A stretch of 64,000 bases of DNA from Candidatus Nomurabacteria bacterium (GTDB lineage: Bacteria > Patescibacteriota > Patescibacteriia > HK-STAS-PATE-3), in NCBI GenBank assembly GCA_023898465.1, contig CP060223.1, positions 704,001 through 768,000 of the forward strand. Reading direction: 5' to 3'. The notes beneath the pieces were generated by a model that ran no database searches, was not told where the DNA came from, and saw only the letters and a program-made list of their open reading frames with translations. The position numbers and the translations under genes were made by a program. Positions 43,860-53,606 of the stretch are shown here, in pieces. Numbering within the stretch: position 1 is the first letter of the stretch; each line of letters begins with the position of its first letter.

Positions 43860-44747
43860 CTACGCAGCAACTAAGTCAGCCAGACTCACTAACTCATATC
43901 CCTGATCTCGAAGCTCAGTGATGATAGTTGGTAGTGCGTCCTCAGTTGAGATGCCCCCAACCTGTAAAAGGACAATTCCCCCATTAGCCGCCCGACTCAT
44001 CACCCGCGCTTCAATATCCGCTGCAGTGGCGCCGGCCTGCCAATCTAAACCGTCGACTGTCCAAGTAACCGGACAGTAACCAGCCGACATTACTATATCC
44101 GTCACAGTTTGGTCAACCGATCCAAATGGTGGCCGGAAAAAGGGCTTTGTTGTTAGGTTAGTAATCCCGCTAATTTCTTCATCCGCTGCTTCCAATTCTA
44201 ACAAGGCTTCATCCTCTGTTAAATCTTCAAAGTCGGGATGTGTGTCGCTCTGATTGTAAATGCGATATCCAGCATCGCTGATTTTTTGTACGACATCGGG
44301 ATTGTTACGAGCAAAGGTGCCGGTGAAAAAGAATGAGGCTGGCGCATTTGCCTCCTGCAAGACTTGTAAAATCTCATCAACATTTGCTCCATTGCCGCGT
44401 CCGCTGAAGGTAAGCGTCATTTTTTTCGCGCCGCCCAGTACCGAGATTACCCCGTCGCATTGCGTAGCTACATCAAAATCCTCTGCTACGGCCGGCGCCA
44501 CGCTTGTATTTGTATTCGCATCAGCATTTTCATTTGTCTCAGTATTCGTGTTTGTCACCTCAGCCAGCTGGGTAGTACTATTCTCTACTGCAGTGTCGGC
44601 CGAGTTGGTATCACCTTTGCCAAAGACCCTTTGGATAAGAACGACTACGATAATAAGCGCGACGACATACAAAATCCAGCGAAAAAGCTTCGCATTCGTG
44701 ACAGGCTTACGTTCTTGATAGCGGGCGTAGCGTTGATACGCCGGCAT
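43860..44747 (-). CDS. polysaccharide deacetylase (NodB homology domain) with N-terminal TM and Thr/Asn-rich linker
   Basis: NodB motifs TFDDG-like region, HxxxH region ..SDTHPDF.. and RPPFG. Confidence 0.75.
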   Translation of the reverse strand: MPAYQRYARYQERKPVTNAKLFRWILYVVALIIVVVLIQRVFGKGDTNSADTAVENSTTQLAEVTNTNTETNENADANTNTSVAPAVAEDFDVATQCDGVISVLGGAKKMTLTFSGRGNGANVDEILQVLQEANAPASFFFTGTFARNNPDVVQKISDAGYRIYNQSDTHPDFEDLTEDEALLELEAADEEISGITNLTTKPFFRPPFGSVDQTVTDIVMSAGYCPVTWTVDGLDWQAGATAADIEARVMSRAANGGIVLLQVGGISTEDALPTIITELRDQGYELVSLADLVAA

Positions 44748-44760
44748 AAAGCGCTCCTAG

Positions 44761-45321
44761 TTAGGATTGAGGAACTTCCCTCCGTGCTTTCATTCTAACA
44801 AACCAGCGCACACTTTCAAAGCCGCCAAAAAGCACAGTGGTATAGAAAAGGTCACCTATCAAGGTATTGCGGAAAAATGGCAACGCCATGGTGTAAGACT
44901 GGATCAAGCCGCTAAAGGTGTGAGCGTACATGGTACCAAAGAACCAAACTGCCCAGTTGGTCACGAGATAAAAAACTATTGAGCCGAGCAGCGTGCCACC
45001 TGCAATGCTAAGCACGTTCTTCTTCTGTCGCACCCAGAGTCCAATAAGTCCAACAAAGGCAAAGCTCAGCCACGTGATAGGTGCGAGGGAATACCAGCCT
45101 GCCCCATGAAGACCCCAGGGCAAGGCTTCACGAAAAGCTGGCACAGACATCAATATGTCGCTCATCATCATAATACTCAAGGGCAAAATGACTGCCCAGG
45201 ACTTACGTAAATATACACCAGCAAATAGAGCAATGGCCGCAACTGGAGCCACGTTTAATGGGTGTGGGATGAGGCGTAGGAATACGCCGACGAAAAGGAG
45301 AATGTAGGGAAGAATTTGCAT
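44761..45321 (-). CDS. polytopic membrane protein, hypothetical (possible ECF/vitamin transporter S-component-like)
   Basis: 186 aa, five to six TM helices; family not recognised. Confidence 0.35.
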   Translation of the reverse strand: MQILPYILLFVGVFLRLIPHPLNVAPVAAIALFAGVYLRKSWAVILPLSIMMMSDILMSVPAFREALPWGLHGAGWYSLAPITWLSFAFVGLIGLWVRQKKNVLSIAGGTLLGSIVFYLVTNWAVWFFGTMYAHTFSGLIQSYTMALPFFRNTLIGDLFYTTVLFGGFESVRWFVRMKARREVPQS

Positions 45322-45331
45322 AGTCAGGGAC

Positions 45332-45763
45332 TTACTTTAGCAGGCGCTTCTGCAATGCGTCAAATGCGGTAAGAGCTCGCTGTACTGTACTCATAAGTGG
45401 TAAATTCCCCGCCTCCGCAATAGTCACCCATCGATACTCGTCATGCTCGTCGCTTAAATGGACTTGCTGCTCTTCAGTGGTGCACCAGATATACATTCCA
45501 ACAATATGTCGTTTGAGGCCCTGGATTGTTGGCTCCCAAGCATCAATGGAAATTGGAATATCAACGCGAATATGCAAACCCGTTTCTTCCGCCACTTCCC
45601 GTTTTATGCCATCAAATGGTGATTCACCTAAGCCTAAACGGCCTCCAGGAACATCCCATTTACCAACATTTGTCGCTTCATCATATGCCCGCTCGCGAAG
45701 TAAAAGAATTTTATCTTTATGCGTAATGATCGCTTTTACCGCTACAAATTGTTCTTGGGGCAT
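45332..45763 (-). CDS. NUDIX hydrolase
   Basis: Nudix box GGRLGLGESPFDGIKREVAEETGL. Confidence 0.8.
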   Translation of the reverse strand: MPQEQFVAVKAIITHKDKILLLRERAYDEATNVGKWDVPGGRLGLGESPFDGIKREVAEETGLHIRVDIPISIDAWEPTIQGLKRHIVGMYIWCTTEEQQVHLSDEHDEYRWVTIAEAGNLPLMSTVQRALTAFDALQKRLLK

Positions 45764-45774
45764 AAACGTTTTCC

Positions 45775-46314
45775 TTAGTAGTCAATTCCCTTTTCGGCCA
45801 ACCTGCCTTCATCATAAGGATGTTTCACCTTACGCATGTCAGTCACCAGATCAGCCAACTTGTTAATACGAGGATAGTTGGTATGTCCGGTCAGCACTAA
45901 ATGCAGCGAGGGACGCTTGGCCTTCATAAGCTTAATAAGCGCCGTTTGAGAAAAGAGCTCTGACTCAATAGCTGAAATTGCTTCATCAAGAATTACCACA
46001 TCATAAGCATTTGAACGAACTGCTCGCATGGCCGCTTGAAGCGCCTGCTGCGCTGCTCGCTTATGGACGATGAAAGGTTTCGTATCGTTCAAAATTTTCA
46101 CAAAGCCTTTGCCAAGCACCCAAACATCAACGCCAAGCTTTTTGAGCATGGCGCGTTCACCCGAGGGCCAGCGCTCTTCTTTTACAAACTGGAGGAAGAA
46201 AACCCGCTTACCCCAACCACGAGCTCGGACAGCCACGCCAACCGCTGCAGTAGTTTTTCCTTTTCCCTTCCCAAGGTACAGGAGAGTGAGGCCTGAGGGT
46301 GTTTTTTTATCCAT
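45775..46314 (-). CDS. cobO: cob(I)yrinic acid a,c-diamide / corrinoid adenosyltransferase (CobO/BtuR family)
   Basis: P-loop GKGKGKTTAAVG and conserved SGE, DE motifs of the CobA/CobO family; start taken at MDKKTP. Confidence 0.7.
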   Translation of the reverse strand: MDKKTPSGLTLLYLGKGKGKTTAAVGVAVRARGWGKRVFFLQFVKEERWPSGERAMLKKLGVDVWVLGKGFVKILNDTKPFIVHKRAAQQALQAAMRAVRSNAYDVVILDEAISAIESELFSQTALIKLMKAKRPSLHLVLTGHTNYPRINKLADLVTDMRKVKHPYDEGRLAEKGIDY

Positions 46315-46372
46315 ACCAGAGCATCCCGCCCCATTGCTTATTAGCAATGGGGCGGGATTTTCAAGCTAGTGA

Positions 46373-49306
46373 TTAGGAGCAGCCGCTCGTATTACCGCAT
46401 TCCAGACACTTGTAGCAGGATGCGTTGCGAACCATGATAGCTCCGCAGAAATCGCAAGGCGGTGCGTCGGTTTGATTCTTGATCGTGCTCAGTTCAAGTT
46501 GAACTCCAGAAGTGGCGCTTTCTTTTTCCTCTACTTTTTCTTGCACCTTCTCTGCTACTGGAGCAGCGCTGGCGACTGGCTCGGCTTTCTGGACTGGAGC
46601 AGTTGAGGTCGCCTGCGCGGTCAGATCAGCATTGTGGAATTCAGCTGCCTCTTTTGAGGTCATGAACTTCAGGGCTAACCAGCGGAAAATGTAATCCATG
46701 ATCGACTTCACCATCGGGATCTGCTTGTTGCGTGTGAAGCCGGCTGGTTCAAAGCGAGAGTGCGTAAATTTGCTAATGAGCACCTTCAGCGGCACACCAT
46801 ACTGCAAGTTCAGGGAAATTGAAGTGGCAAAGGCGTCCATTACTCCAGAGAGTGTACTACCCTCTTTACTCATGGTGATGAAGAGCTCGCCTGGTTGTCC
46901 GTCAGGATAGAGACCAACCGTGATGTAACCCTCGTGCCCGGCAATATCAAACTTATGCGTGATAGATTGACGCTCGTCTGGTAGACGATGGCGGTAGGGC
47001 TTCGGGTCAGGTGAAACAACGGCTGCCGCGGTCTTCTCTTGCTTCTTACCATCCTCAGTCAAGGAAGTATTGAGCGGCTGCGTACGCTTTGATCCATCAC
47101 GGTAGATAGCTAAGGCCTTCAAGCCAAGCTTCCAACCCTGAATGTAGGCATCCATGATTTCTTCTACTGTGGAATCAGCTGGCATGTTGACGGTCTTAGA
47201 GATAGCACCAGAGATGAAAGGTTGTGCTGCGCCCATCATTTTTAAGTGACCCATGTGGTGAATGGAGCGTGTACCGTTTGCAGCTGGGAAAGCACAGTCA
47301 AACACGGCTAGATCTTCTTTCTTTACATGAGGAGCACCCTCGATTGTGTCATTGCTATCAATGAAGTCAGTGATAGCGGTAACCTGCTCTTTGGTATACC
47401 CCAGCCTATCCAAGGCCATTGGTACTGTGCGGTTGATAATCTTCATATATCCGCCACCAACCAGCTTCTTGTACTTCACCAAAGCAATATCAGGTTCAAT
47501 GCCGGTAGTATCACAGTCCATCATAAAAGCGATGGTTCCGGTCGGAGCTAATACGGAAACCTGGGCATTGCGGACACCATACTGGGTACCACGGGTAACT
47601 GCTTCGTCCCACACATTGCGAGAAGCTTCCCACATGTCGCTCGGGATCAAGGACTGCGTAATACCATCAACTGCTTCACGATGCTGACGTAATACACGGA
47701 GAGTGGAGTCTTTATTCGTTTCATAATCTGGGAAAGGCCCCATCTCTTTAGCAATCTCGGCTGATTGCGCATAGGCCTGACCAGTTAAGAGGGCAGTAAT
47801 AACTGCTGCGTAGGCTCGGCCTTCATCGCTGTCATATGGTAAGCCAAGTGACATCAAGAGGGCACCCAAGTTTGCGTAACCAATACCTAAAGTACGGTAG
47901 AGGTGACTGCGCGCAGCGATCCGCTCAGTTGGGTAGCTTGAGTTATCGACAATGATTTCCATGGCAGTGATCAACACCTTGATGGCATGGAGATACTTGG
48001 TGTAGTCAAAGCGACCATCCTGCGTCCGAAACTTCATCAGGTTGATAGATGCTAGGTTGCAGGCAGTGTCGTTCAAGAACATGTACTCGGAACATGGGTT
48101 GGAAGCATGGATACGGTCAGTGTTCAGACAGGTGTGCCAATTGTTGATGGTGGTGTCATATTGCAATCCCGGGTCACCACACTGATGGGTTGCTTCAGAA
48201 ATCATGCGCAGCACATCGCGAGCTTTGTACGTATCAACCACTGCATCATCTTTTACTGCCCGGGTCTGCCAATAGCCATCGCTCTCGACTGCTTTCATGA
48301 ATTCATCAGTAACGCGGACGCTGTGGTTAGCGTTTTGGAAATAGACTGAGGTATAGGCCTCGCCGTCAATTGCGCCATCATAACCTGCATCAATTAATGA
48401 CCAGGCTTTTCGCTCTTCTTTTGCCTTACTCCAGATAAATTCAACTACGTCTGGGTGTTCAACGTTCAAGATAACCATCTTAGCGGCTCGTCGCGTTTTT
48501 CCACCCGACTTGATCACGCCAGCAAAAGAGTCAAAGCCCTTCATGAAAGAAACCGGCCCTGAGGCTGTACCACCACCAGACAAGCGCTCTCGTGAAGAGC
48601 GAATTGGTGAAAGGTTGGAGCCAGCGCCAGATCCGAACTTGAAAATCATACCCTCGCTCTTTGCCAAGCTAAGGATAGAATCCATTGAATCTTCTACCGA
48701 GAGAATAAAACAGGCCGAGCACTGTGGATGAGTGTAATCATCCTGAGCTAAACCCACTTCCTGCTTCTCTTTTTGCCAATACCAGCGGCCAGCGCCGGAT
48801 CCCCGGTCATAGCGATGCACGCCACAGTTAAACCATACCGGGCTATTGAAGGTCATATACTGATGCACAATCAACCAGGTCAATTCATCGTAAAAAGTCT
48901 GTGCATCATCAGCTGTAGCAAAATAACCATCCGCCTGACCCCAGTCAGTGATGGTACGAGTGACACGATCAATTAACTGCTTGATGCTGGTCTCTCGCTG
49001 ACCCTTATCATTATCACCGTAAAAATATTTTGAGACAACGATGTTTGTAGCATTCTGTGTCCAAAAATTTGGAACCTCGACATCCTTTTGCTCAAAAACC
49101 ACTTTACCTTTTGAATCAGTAATCGCCGCGGTGCGTCGCTCCCATTGAATCTCATCAAAGGGTTGTACATTTCCACGTGAAAAAAAGCGCTGCCATCGCA
49201 AACCGAGGCCTCGCTTACCCTTCTGCTTAGTATCCATTAATTTTTCCAACAGAGCTTCTTTAGTGCTCTCGTGGACATGAGTATTCGACTGGGCAGAAGG
49301 CGGCAT
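46373..49306 (-). CDS. nrdJ: adenosylcobalamin-dependent ribonucleotide reductase (class II, NrdJ)
   Basis: 977 aa; active-site NPCSEY region, C-terminal CxxC...CxxC tail, B12-binding region. Confidence 0.9.
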   Translation of the reverse strand: MPPSAQSNTHVHESTKEALLEKLMDTKQKGKRGLGLRWQRFFSRGNVQPFDEIQWERRTAAITDSKGKVVFEQKDVEVPNFWTQNATNIVVSKYFYGDNDKGQRETSIKQLIDRVTRTITDWGQADGYFATADDAQTFYDELTWLIVHQYMTFNSPVWFNCGVHRYDRGSGAGRWYWQKEKQEVGLAQDDYTHPQCSACFILSVEDSMDSILSLAKSEGMIFKFGSGAGSNLSPIRSSRERLSGGGTASGPVSFMKGFDSFAGVIKSGGKTRRAAKMVILNVEHPDVVEFIWSKAKEERKAWSLIDAGYDGAIDGEAYTSVYFQNANHSVRVTDEFMKAVESDGYWQTRAVKDDAVVDTYKARDVLRMISEATHQCGDPGLQYDTTINNWHTCLNTDRIHASNPCSEYMFLNDTACNLASINLMKFRTQDGRFDYTKYLHAIKVLITAMEIIVDNSSYPTERIAARSHLYRTLGIGYANLGALLMSLGLPYDSDEGRAYAAVITALLTGQAYAQSAEIAKEMGPFPDYETNKDSTLRVLRQHREAVDGITQSLIPSDMWEASRNVWDEAVTRGTQYGVRNAQVSVLAPTGTIAFMMDCDTTGIEPDIALVKYKKLVGGGYMKIINRTVPMALDRLGYTKEQVTAITDFIDSNDTIEGAPHVKKEDLAVFDCAFPAANGTRSIHHMGHLKMMGAAQPFISGAISKTVNMPADSTVEEIMDAYIQGWKLGLKALAIYRDGSKRTQPLNTSLTEDGKKQEKTAAAVVSPDPKPYRHRLPDERQSITHKFDIAGHEGYITVGLYPDGQPGELFITMSKEGSTLSGVMDAFATSISLNLQYGVPLKVLISKFTHSRFEPAGFTRNKQIPMVKSIMDYIFRWLALKFMTSKEAAEFHNADLTAQATSTAPVQKAEPVASAAPVAEKVQEKVEEKESATSGVQLELSTIKNQTDAPPCDFCGAIMVRNASCYKCLECGNTSGCS

Positions 49307-49346
49307 GGGAATATCCTTTCTGTAATGGTTAATGAGGAAAGTAGCG

Positions 49347-49850
49347 TTATGAGCGGCGACGTTTTTTTACAGTTCGCCGGACTGTTTTTGTACGGAGGAG
49401 AGCTTGCAGTTCGCGTTGGAAAGTCTCAGCGTCTTTGAAAGACCGGTAGACGGAAGCAAATCGGATGTAGGCAACCGGATCAATCTTCTTAAGGTGACGC
49501 ATGATGACTTCGCCAATATCCTTTGACTTCACCTCTTGAGCACTCTTGCGACCACTTAGCTTCTGAATGTCGCGCTCGATTCGACTGAGCAGCTGAGTAA
49601 ACTCTTCAGTAGTCGTAGGTCGCTTCTCAAGTGCCTTGCGTAACCCTTGCTCCATTTTTTCACGTAGGTAGGGTTCCCGGCGTCCATCTCTTTTTAAGAT
49701 GGTGACATTGAGGAGCTCTACTTCTTCATAGGTGGTGAAGCGGAAGGTGCAGCGAGTACATTCGCGACGACGTCGGATGGCAAAGCCATCGGTGACGAGG
49801 CGTGAATCAGTAACCTTGCTATCCGCGTGATGGCAAACCGGACATTTCAT
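49347..49850 (-). CDS. nrdR: transcriptional repressor NrdR
   Basis: N-terminal zinc ribbon CPVCHH..CTRC and ATP-cone; 167 aa. Confidence 0.9.
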   Translation of the reverse strand: MKCPVCHHADSKVTDSRLVTDGFAIRRRRECTRCTFRFTTYEEVELLNVTILKRDGRREPYLREKMEQGLRKALEKRPTTTEEFTQLLSRIERDIQKLSGRKSAQEVKSKDIGEVIMRHLKKIDPVAYIRFASVYRSFKDAETFQRELQALLRTKTVRRTVKKRRRS

Positions 49851-50067
49851 ACCGTTAGCAACTCTTCAGGCTCCATGAGGAGAAGCCTATCCAAGTTATT
49901 CAGATAATGCATCGACAGGGATTAGCCTGTCGACTTGATACACCATCCTGAAGAAAGGACGGTGCGTAGAGCAATAAGTTGTAAGGTTTTTTGGAGGCTT
50001 TCTTGAGACGAAAACAGGCCACTGCCATATCGCGTACTTGTGCTGGCTGGTGCCCGTGTTGCCCCCG

Positions 50068-50124
50068 TTGCTACAATATCTAGTAGTGCTAGGTGTAATT
50101 TTACTACAAGATATAGTCTTGTCA
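50068..50124. promoter_or_regulatory. candidate tandem NrdR boxes upstream of nrdR-nrdJ-cobO
   Basis: Two imperfect 16-18-bp palindromes TACAATATCTAGTAGTG and CTACAAGATATAGTCTTGT about 33 bp centre-to-centre (NrdR boxes are typically about three helical turns apart). Confidence 0.4.
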
Positions 50125-50223
50125 ACCCACAAAACACTAGGAATTTGTGAGTTAAGGGGATTGGAACGGCGCAAAGCACCTCGCCACGCTGAGCGTGACG
50201 TCCCCCTACTCTATCAAGATGTC

Positions 50224-51435
50224 CTAGAGCATTTTCTTTCGGATGAAGGCTGGGATTTCCAGCTCCTCTTCCTCTTTTGTTTTCTCTGTACCGCTATCAC
50301 TGACTGGTCGCGATACCTCTGGAGTAATACGCTTCGGTTTTGGGGCTGGCTCCTCGCGCTTGAAGTCCATTTCCGGCTCATCATCCATAAACGAGGTGCT
50401 GTGCTTTGGCTCGTCTTGGGCAATTGGCGAGATAGTAGGCATCTTTTTCATCACTGGGCGCTTCCCATCCTTACCAAAGCCAGTCGCGATAACCGTAATC
50501 TTAATTTCATCACCAAGTGATTGATCAATCACAGAGCCAAAGATAACCTTAGCGTTTGCATCAGCAGAACTGGTAATAACTTTAGCCGCCTCATTGACTT
50601 CGTACATGGATAACTTCTCGCCACCAGAGATGGTGAAGAGGATGCCATGTGCGCCATCGATAGAAAGCTCGAGCAAAGGAGAATCAATGGCCGCCTTAGC
50701 TGCTTCAGTAGCACGATTTTCGCCAGTGGAGCGACCAATACCCATCAGTGCGGTACCAGCATTTTGCATAATCGCCTTCACGTCAGCAAAGTCGACGTTG
50801 ATAAGACCTGGAACGGTAATCAATTCAGCGATACCCTGCACGCCCTGACGCAACACATCATCAACGATTGCGAAAGATTCCAGTAAGGAAGTTTTCTTAT
50901 CAATAATTTGTAAGAGTCGATCATTAGGAATAGTAATGATGGTGTCTACTCGATCAGCTAATTCGCTGTGTCCGCTCTCGGCAATTGAATTACGCTGCGC
51001 ACCTTCAAAACTAAATGGCTTCGTAACAACAGCTACTGTTAAAGCGCCAACGTCCTTGGCGATTTCAGCAATCACTGGGGCAGCACCAGTACCAGTGCCT
51101 CCGCCCAAACCACAGGTGATGAAAACCATATCAGAGCCTTTTAAGAGGTCGTGAATTTCATCCTGACTCTCTTCAGCGGCTTTGCGGCCCACATCGGGAT
51201 CCATACCAGCGCCTAAACCACGAGTGGTGGCTTTACCAATATGCACCTTAGTTGAAGCTGAATTATGGTGAAGGGCTTGCGCGTCAGTATTTACGGCAAT
51301 AAACTCGATGCCACGAATATGCGCATCGATCATGCGGTTGACTGCTGATCCACCGGATCCCCCGACTCCGATGACCTTTATTTTCGCGAATGTTTCAACT
51401 GGCGGCTTTACTTCTGTTGGTGATTGTTTAGGCAT
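50224..51435 (-). CDS. ftsZ: cell division protein FtsZ
   Basis: Tubulin signature [18 protein letters not shown]; acidic C-terminal tail. Confidence 0.95.
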   Translation of the reverse strand: MPKQSPTEVKPPVETFAKIKVIGVGGSGGSAVNRMIDAHIRGIEFIAVNTDAQALHHNSASTKVHIGKATTRGLGAGMDPDVGRKAAEESQDEIHDLLKGSDMVFITCGLGGGTGTGAAPVIAEIAKDVGALTVAVVTKPFSFEGAQRNSIAESGHSELADRVDTIITIPNDRLLQIIDKKTSLLESFAIVDDVLRQGVQGIAELITVPGLINVDFADVKAIMQNAGTALMGIGRSTGENRATEAAKAAIDSPLLELSIDGAHGILFTISGGEKLSMYEVNEAAKVITSSADANAKVIFGSVIDQSLGDEIKITVIATGFGKDGKRPVMKKMPTISPIAQDEPKHSTSFMDDEPEMDFKREEPAPKPKRITPEVSRPVSDSGTEKTKEEEELEIPAFIRKKML

Positions 51436-51520
51436 GATGCGAACAATTGAAGCTAATCCTTCGTGCTGATAGTGTAGCGACCAAAGCGGTCTTCTGTCAA
51501 TCTAAGCGTTAGGGAAAAAT

Positions 51521-52759
51521 CTAGGGTAAAAATGACTTCAGCCAATCCTTCACTTTTCCAGTAGCATCTCGGACTGAATGAAGCTTATTCAAGGAAAGTC
51601 GAGGGCCAGTATCAAGACCAGCTCCCCAGGCTAATAAGCCAATTGCCGTGGTATAAGTGGGCTCTTGCACCTTATCTATGGCCGTAACCACATTTGTTGG
51701 CATACCAACGCTGGCAGGCAAACGAAATTGTTTTTTAGCAACATCCACTAGTCCTGGCAGTTTTGCTCCACCGCCAGTTAAGACGATCCCGGCTGGCAAG
51801 CGACCAGAGCGGTCAATTGACTGTAACTCTTTATCAACCATGGAAAAAATTTCCTCAGTGCGAGCTTCCAGAATTTCGGCGACGTGTCGTCGTGAAACCG
51901 TAGCATTATCGCCTCCCTCGTAATCGCTCAGAGTTATCTCTTCGCGCTTCTGCACTTCATCAGGGATCGCGCTGCCATGTTCGAGTTTAATCTTCTCTGC
52001 GACATCGATAGAGGTGCGTAAGCCAATCGCAATGTCATTGGTCAGATGATTTCCACCAACCGGTAATACCTTGGTATGCAGGACGTCGCCTTCCTCAAAA
52101 ACAACTAAGGAGGTGGTACTAGCACCAATATTCACTAAAGCCACACCTAATTCCCGCTGACGCTTTGATAGCGTCGCTTCAGCACAGGCGAGAATCCCGA
52201 GCACCAAGTCATCAACATGAATACCCGTGCGATACACACATTTGGTGAGGTTCTTAATTTGAGAGGAGAGACCCTGAATAATCTGCACGTCTACTTCTAA
52301 GCGCAGGCCAGTCATACCGACCGGATCCTTCACTCCCTCTTGATTATCTACAGTAAACAAACGAGGAATAACGTGGAGAGTTTCATAATTCGGCGGAGTG
52401 GCAACAGCCTGCGCTGCGTCAACAACTCGCTCCACATCATCATCTTTTATTTCTCCATCAGCTTTTGCCACAGCCACCACACCATGACTATCCTGGGAGG
52501 TGATGTGCGTACCTGTCATGCCCACGATAGCTTGCTCGATTGGCAAGCCGGACATACGTTCTGCTCGCTCTAAGGCAGTGGAAATTGAGGTAACCGCATC
52601 TTCGATACTGGTGATCGAACCTTTGCTAATACCTTCGGACGGGCTTTCAGCAGCGCCCAGTATTTGTAATGAATGATCAGCCGGATTTCGTTGGCCAACC
52701 ACAACCCGGATCATGTGTGATCCGATATCCAGGCCTGTAAATACCACATCTTTTGCCAT
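51521..52759 (-). CDS. ftsA: cell division protein FtsA
   Basis: Actin-fold ATPase motifs (DIGSHMIRVVVG..., GGGAKLPGL). Confidence 0.9.
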   Translation of the reverse strand: MAKDVVFTGLDIGSHMIRVVVGQRNPADHSLQILGAAESPSEGISKGSITSIEDAVTSISTALERAERMSGLPIEQAIVGMTGTHITSQDSHGVVAVAKADGEIKDDDVERVVDAAQAVATPPNYETLHVIPRLFTVDNQEGVKDPVGMTGLRLEVDVQIIQGLSSQIKNLTKCVYRTGIHVDDLVLGILACAEATLSKRQRELGVALVNIGASTTSLVVFEEGDVLHTKVLPVGGNHLTNDIAIGLRTSIDVAEKIKLEHGSAIPDEVQKREEITLSDYEGGDNATVSRRHVAEILEARTEEIFSMVDKELQSIDRSGRLPAGIVLTGGGAKLPGLVDVAKKQFRLPASVGMPTNVVTAIDKVQEPTYTTAIGLLAWGAGLDTGPRLSLNKLHSVRDATGKVKDWLKSFLP

Positions 52760-52776
52760 ACCTGCTATTCCTTAAA

Positions 52777-53154
52777 CTAGGTGTTAAATAAAGAAATGAC
52801 GTGAGGGAGAACAATGAGCGCCACGATGAGCAATCCTACGAAAGAAGCAATCAGGACTGCTCCAGCCATAATGTCCTTAATCATTTGGACATAGGTATGG
52901 ATGCGGGGCTCAACAATATCAGTTAACTTTTCAAATGCGCTATTCAGTAACTCGAGAATCAGGATAAGCGCACATATTAAGAGCAACGTAATTATTTCCC
53001 AAGTCTGCAAAGGGAAAATAATGATGAAGAGAATGACGATAGCCACTGCGCCGGTCAGCACTCGGAAATTTTGTTCCTGCTGCCAAGTGGTTCGCAAACC
53101 TCTGATTGCGTAGCGGAAACTTTTGCGCAAAAGAGAGAAACTGAGAAAGCTCAT
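52777..53154 (-). CDS. dgkA: diacylglycerol kinase family protein
   Basis: 125 aa, three TM, ELLNSAFE motif. Confidence 0.75.
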   Translation of the reverse strand: MSFLSFSLLRKSFRYAIRGLRTTWQQEQNFRVLTGAVAIVILFIIIFPLQTWEIITLLLICALILILELLNSAFEKLTDIVEPRIHTYVQMIKDIMAGAVLIASFVGLLIVALIVLPHVISLFNT

Positions 53155-53603
53155 GACCGTGCTTTTGTGAGATAGTCTTTCACTTTATCCTCCCAAGCGC
53201 GCATTATGCGTCGCTCCCCTACTTTGTGATGATCGTGTCCGAGCAAATGCAGATAACCATGGATAAGCAGATCGCGTAACTCCTCTTTAACCGGTCGTTT
53301 CCGTCGATCTGCCTGACGTTGCATTTGATCAGGCGCAATAATCAGCTCGCCAAAAGGGAAATCATCTGAGGAAGCATCCTGGTCACCCTCCATAGTATAC
53401 GTGAAAGAGAGCACATCCGTCACGCGATCAATTTTCCGGTAGCGCTTATTGAGGCGCCGTACTTCTTGATCAGGGAGGAAGGTAACTACAACAGAGTGTT
53501 CCGAATCTTTGGTTTCAGTTAGCTTAGCAGCTGCTTGGATTACTTGGCGAATCCAAGTGGTTGAAAGGTGCGCGGGGGTCTGATTAACAACAGTAATACG
53601 CAT
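53151..53603 (-). CDS. ybeY: rRNA maturation endoribonuclease YbeY
   Basis: HGYLHLLGHDH zinc-binding motif. Confidence 0.85.
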   Translation of the reverse strand: MRITVVNQTPAHLSTTWIRQVIQAAAKLTETKDSEHSVVVTFLPDQEVRRLNKRYRKIDRVTDVLSFTYTMEGDQDASSDDFPFGELIIAPDQMQRQADRRKRPVKEELRDLLIHGYLHLLGHDHHKVGERRIMRAWEDKVKDYLTKARS

Positions 53604-53606
53604 CAG

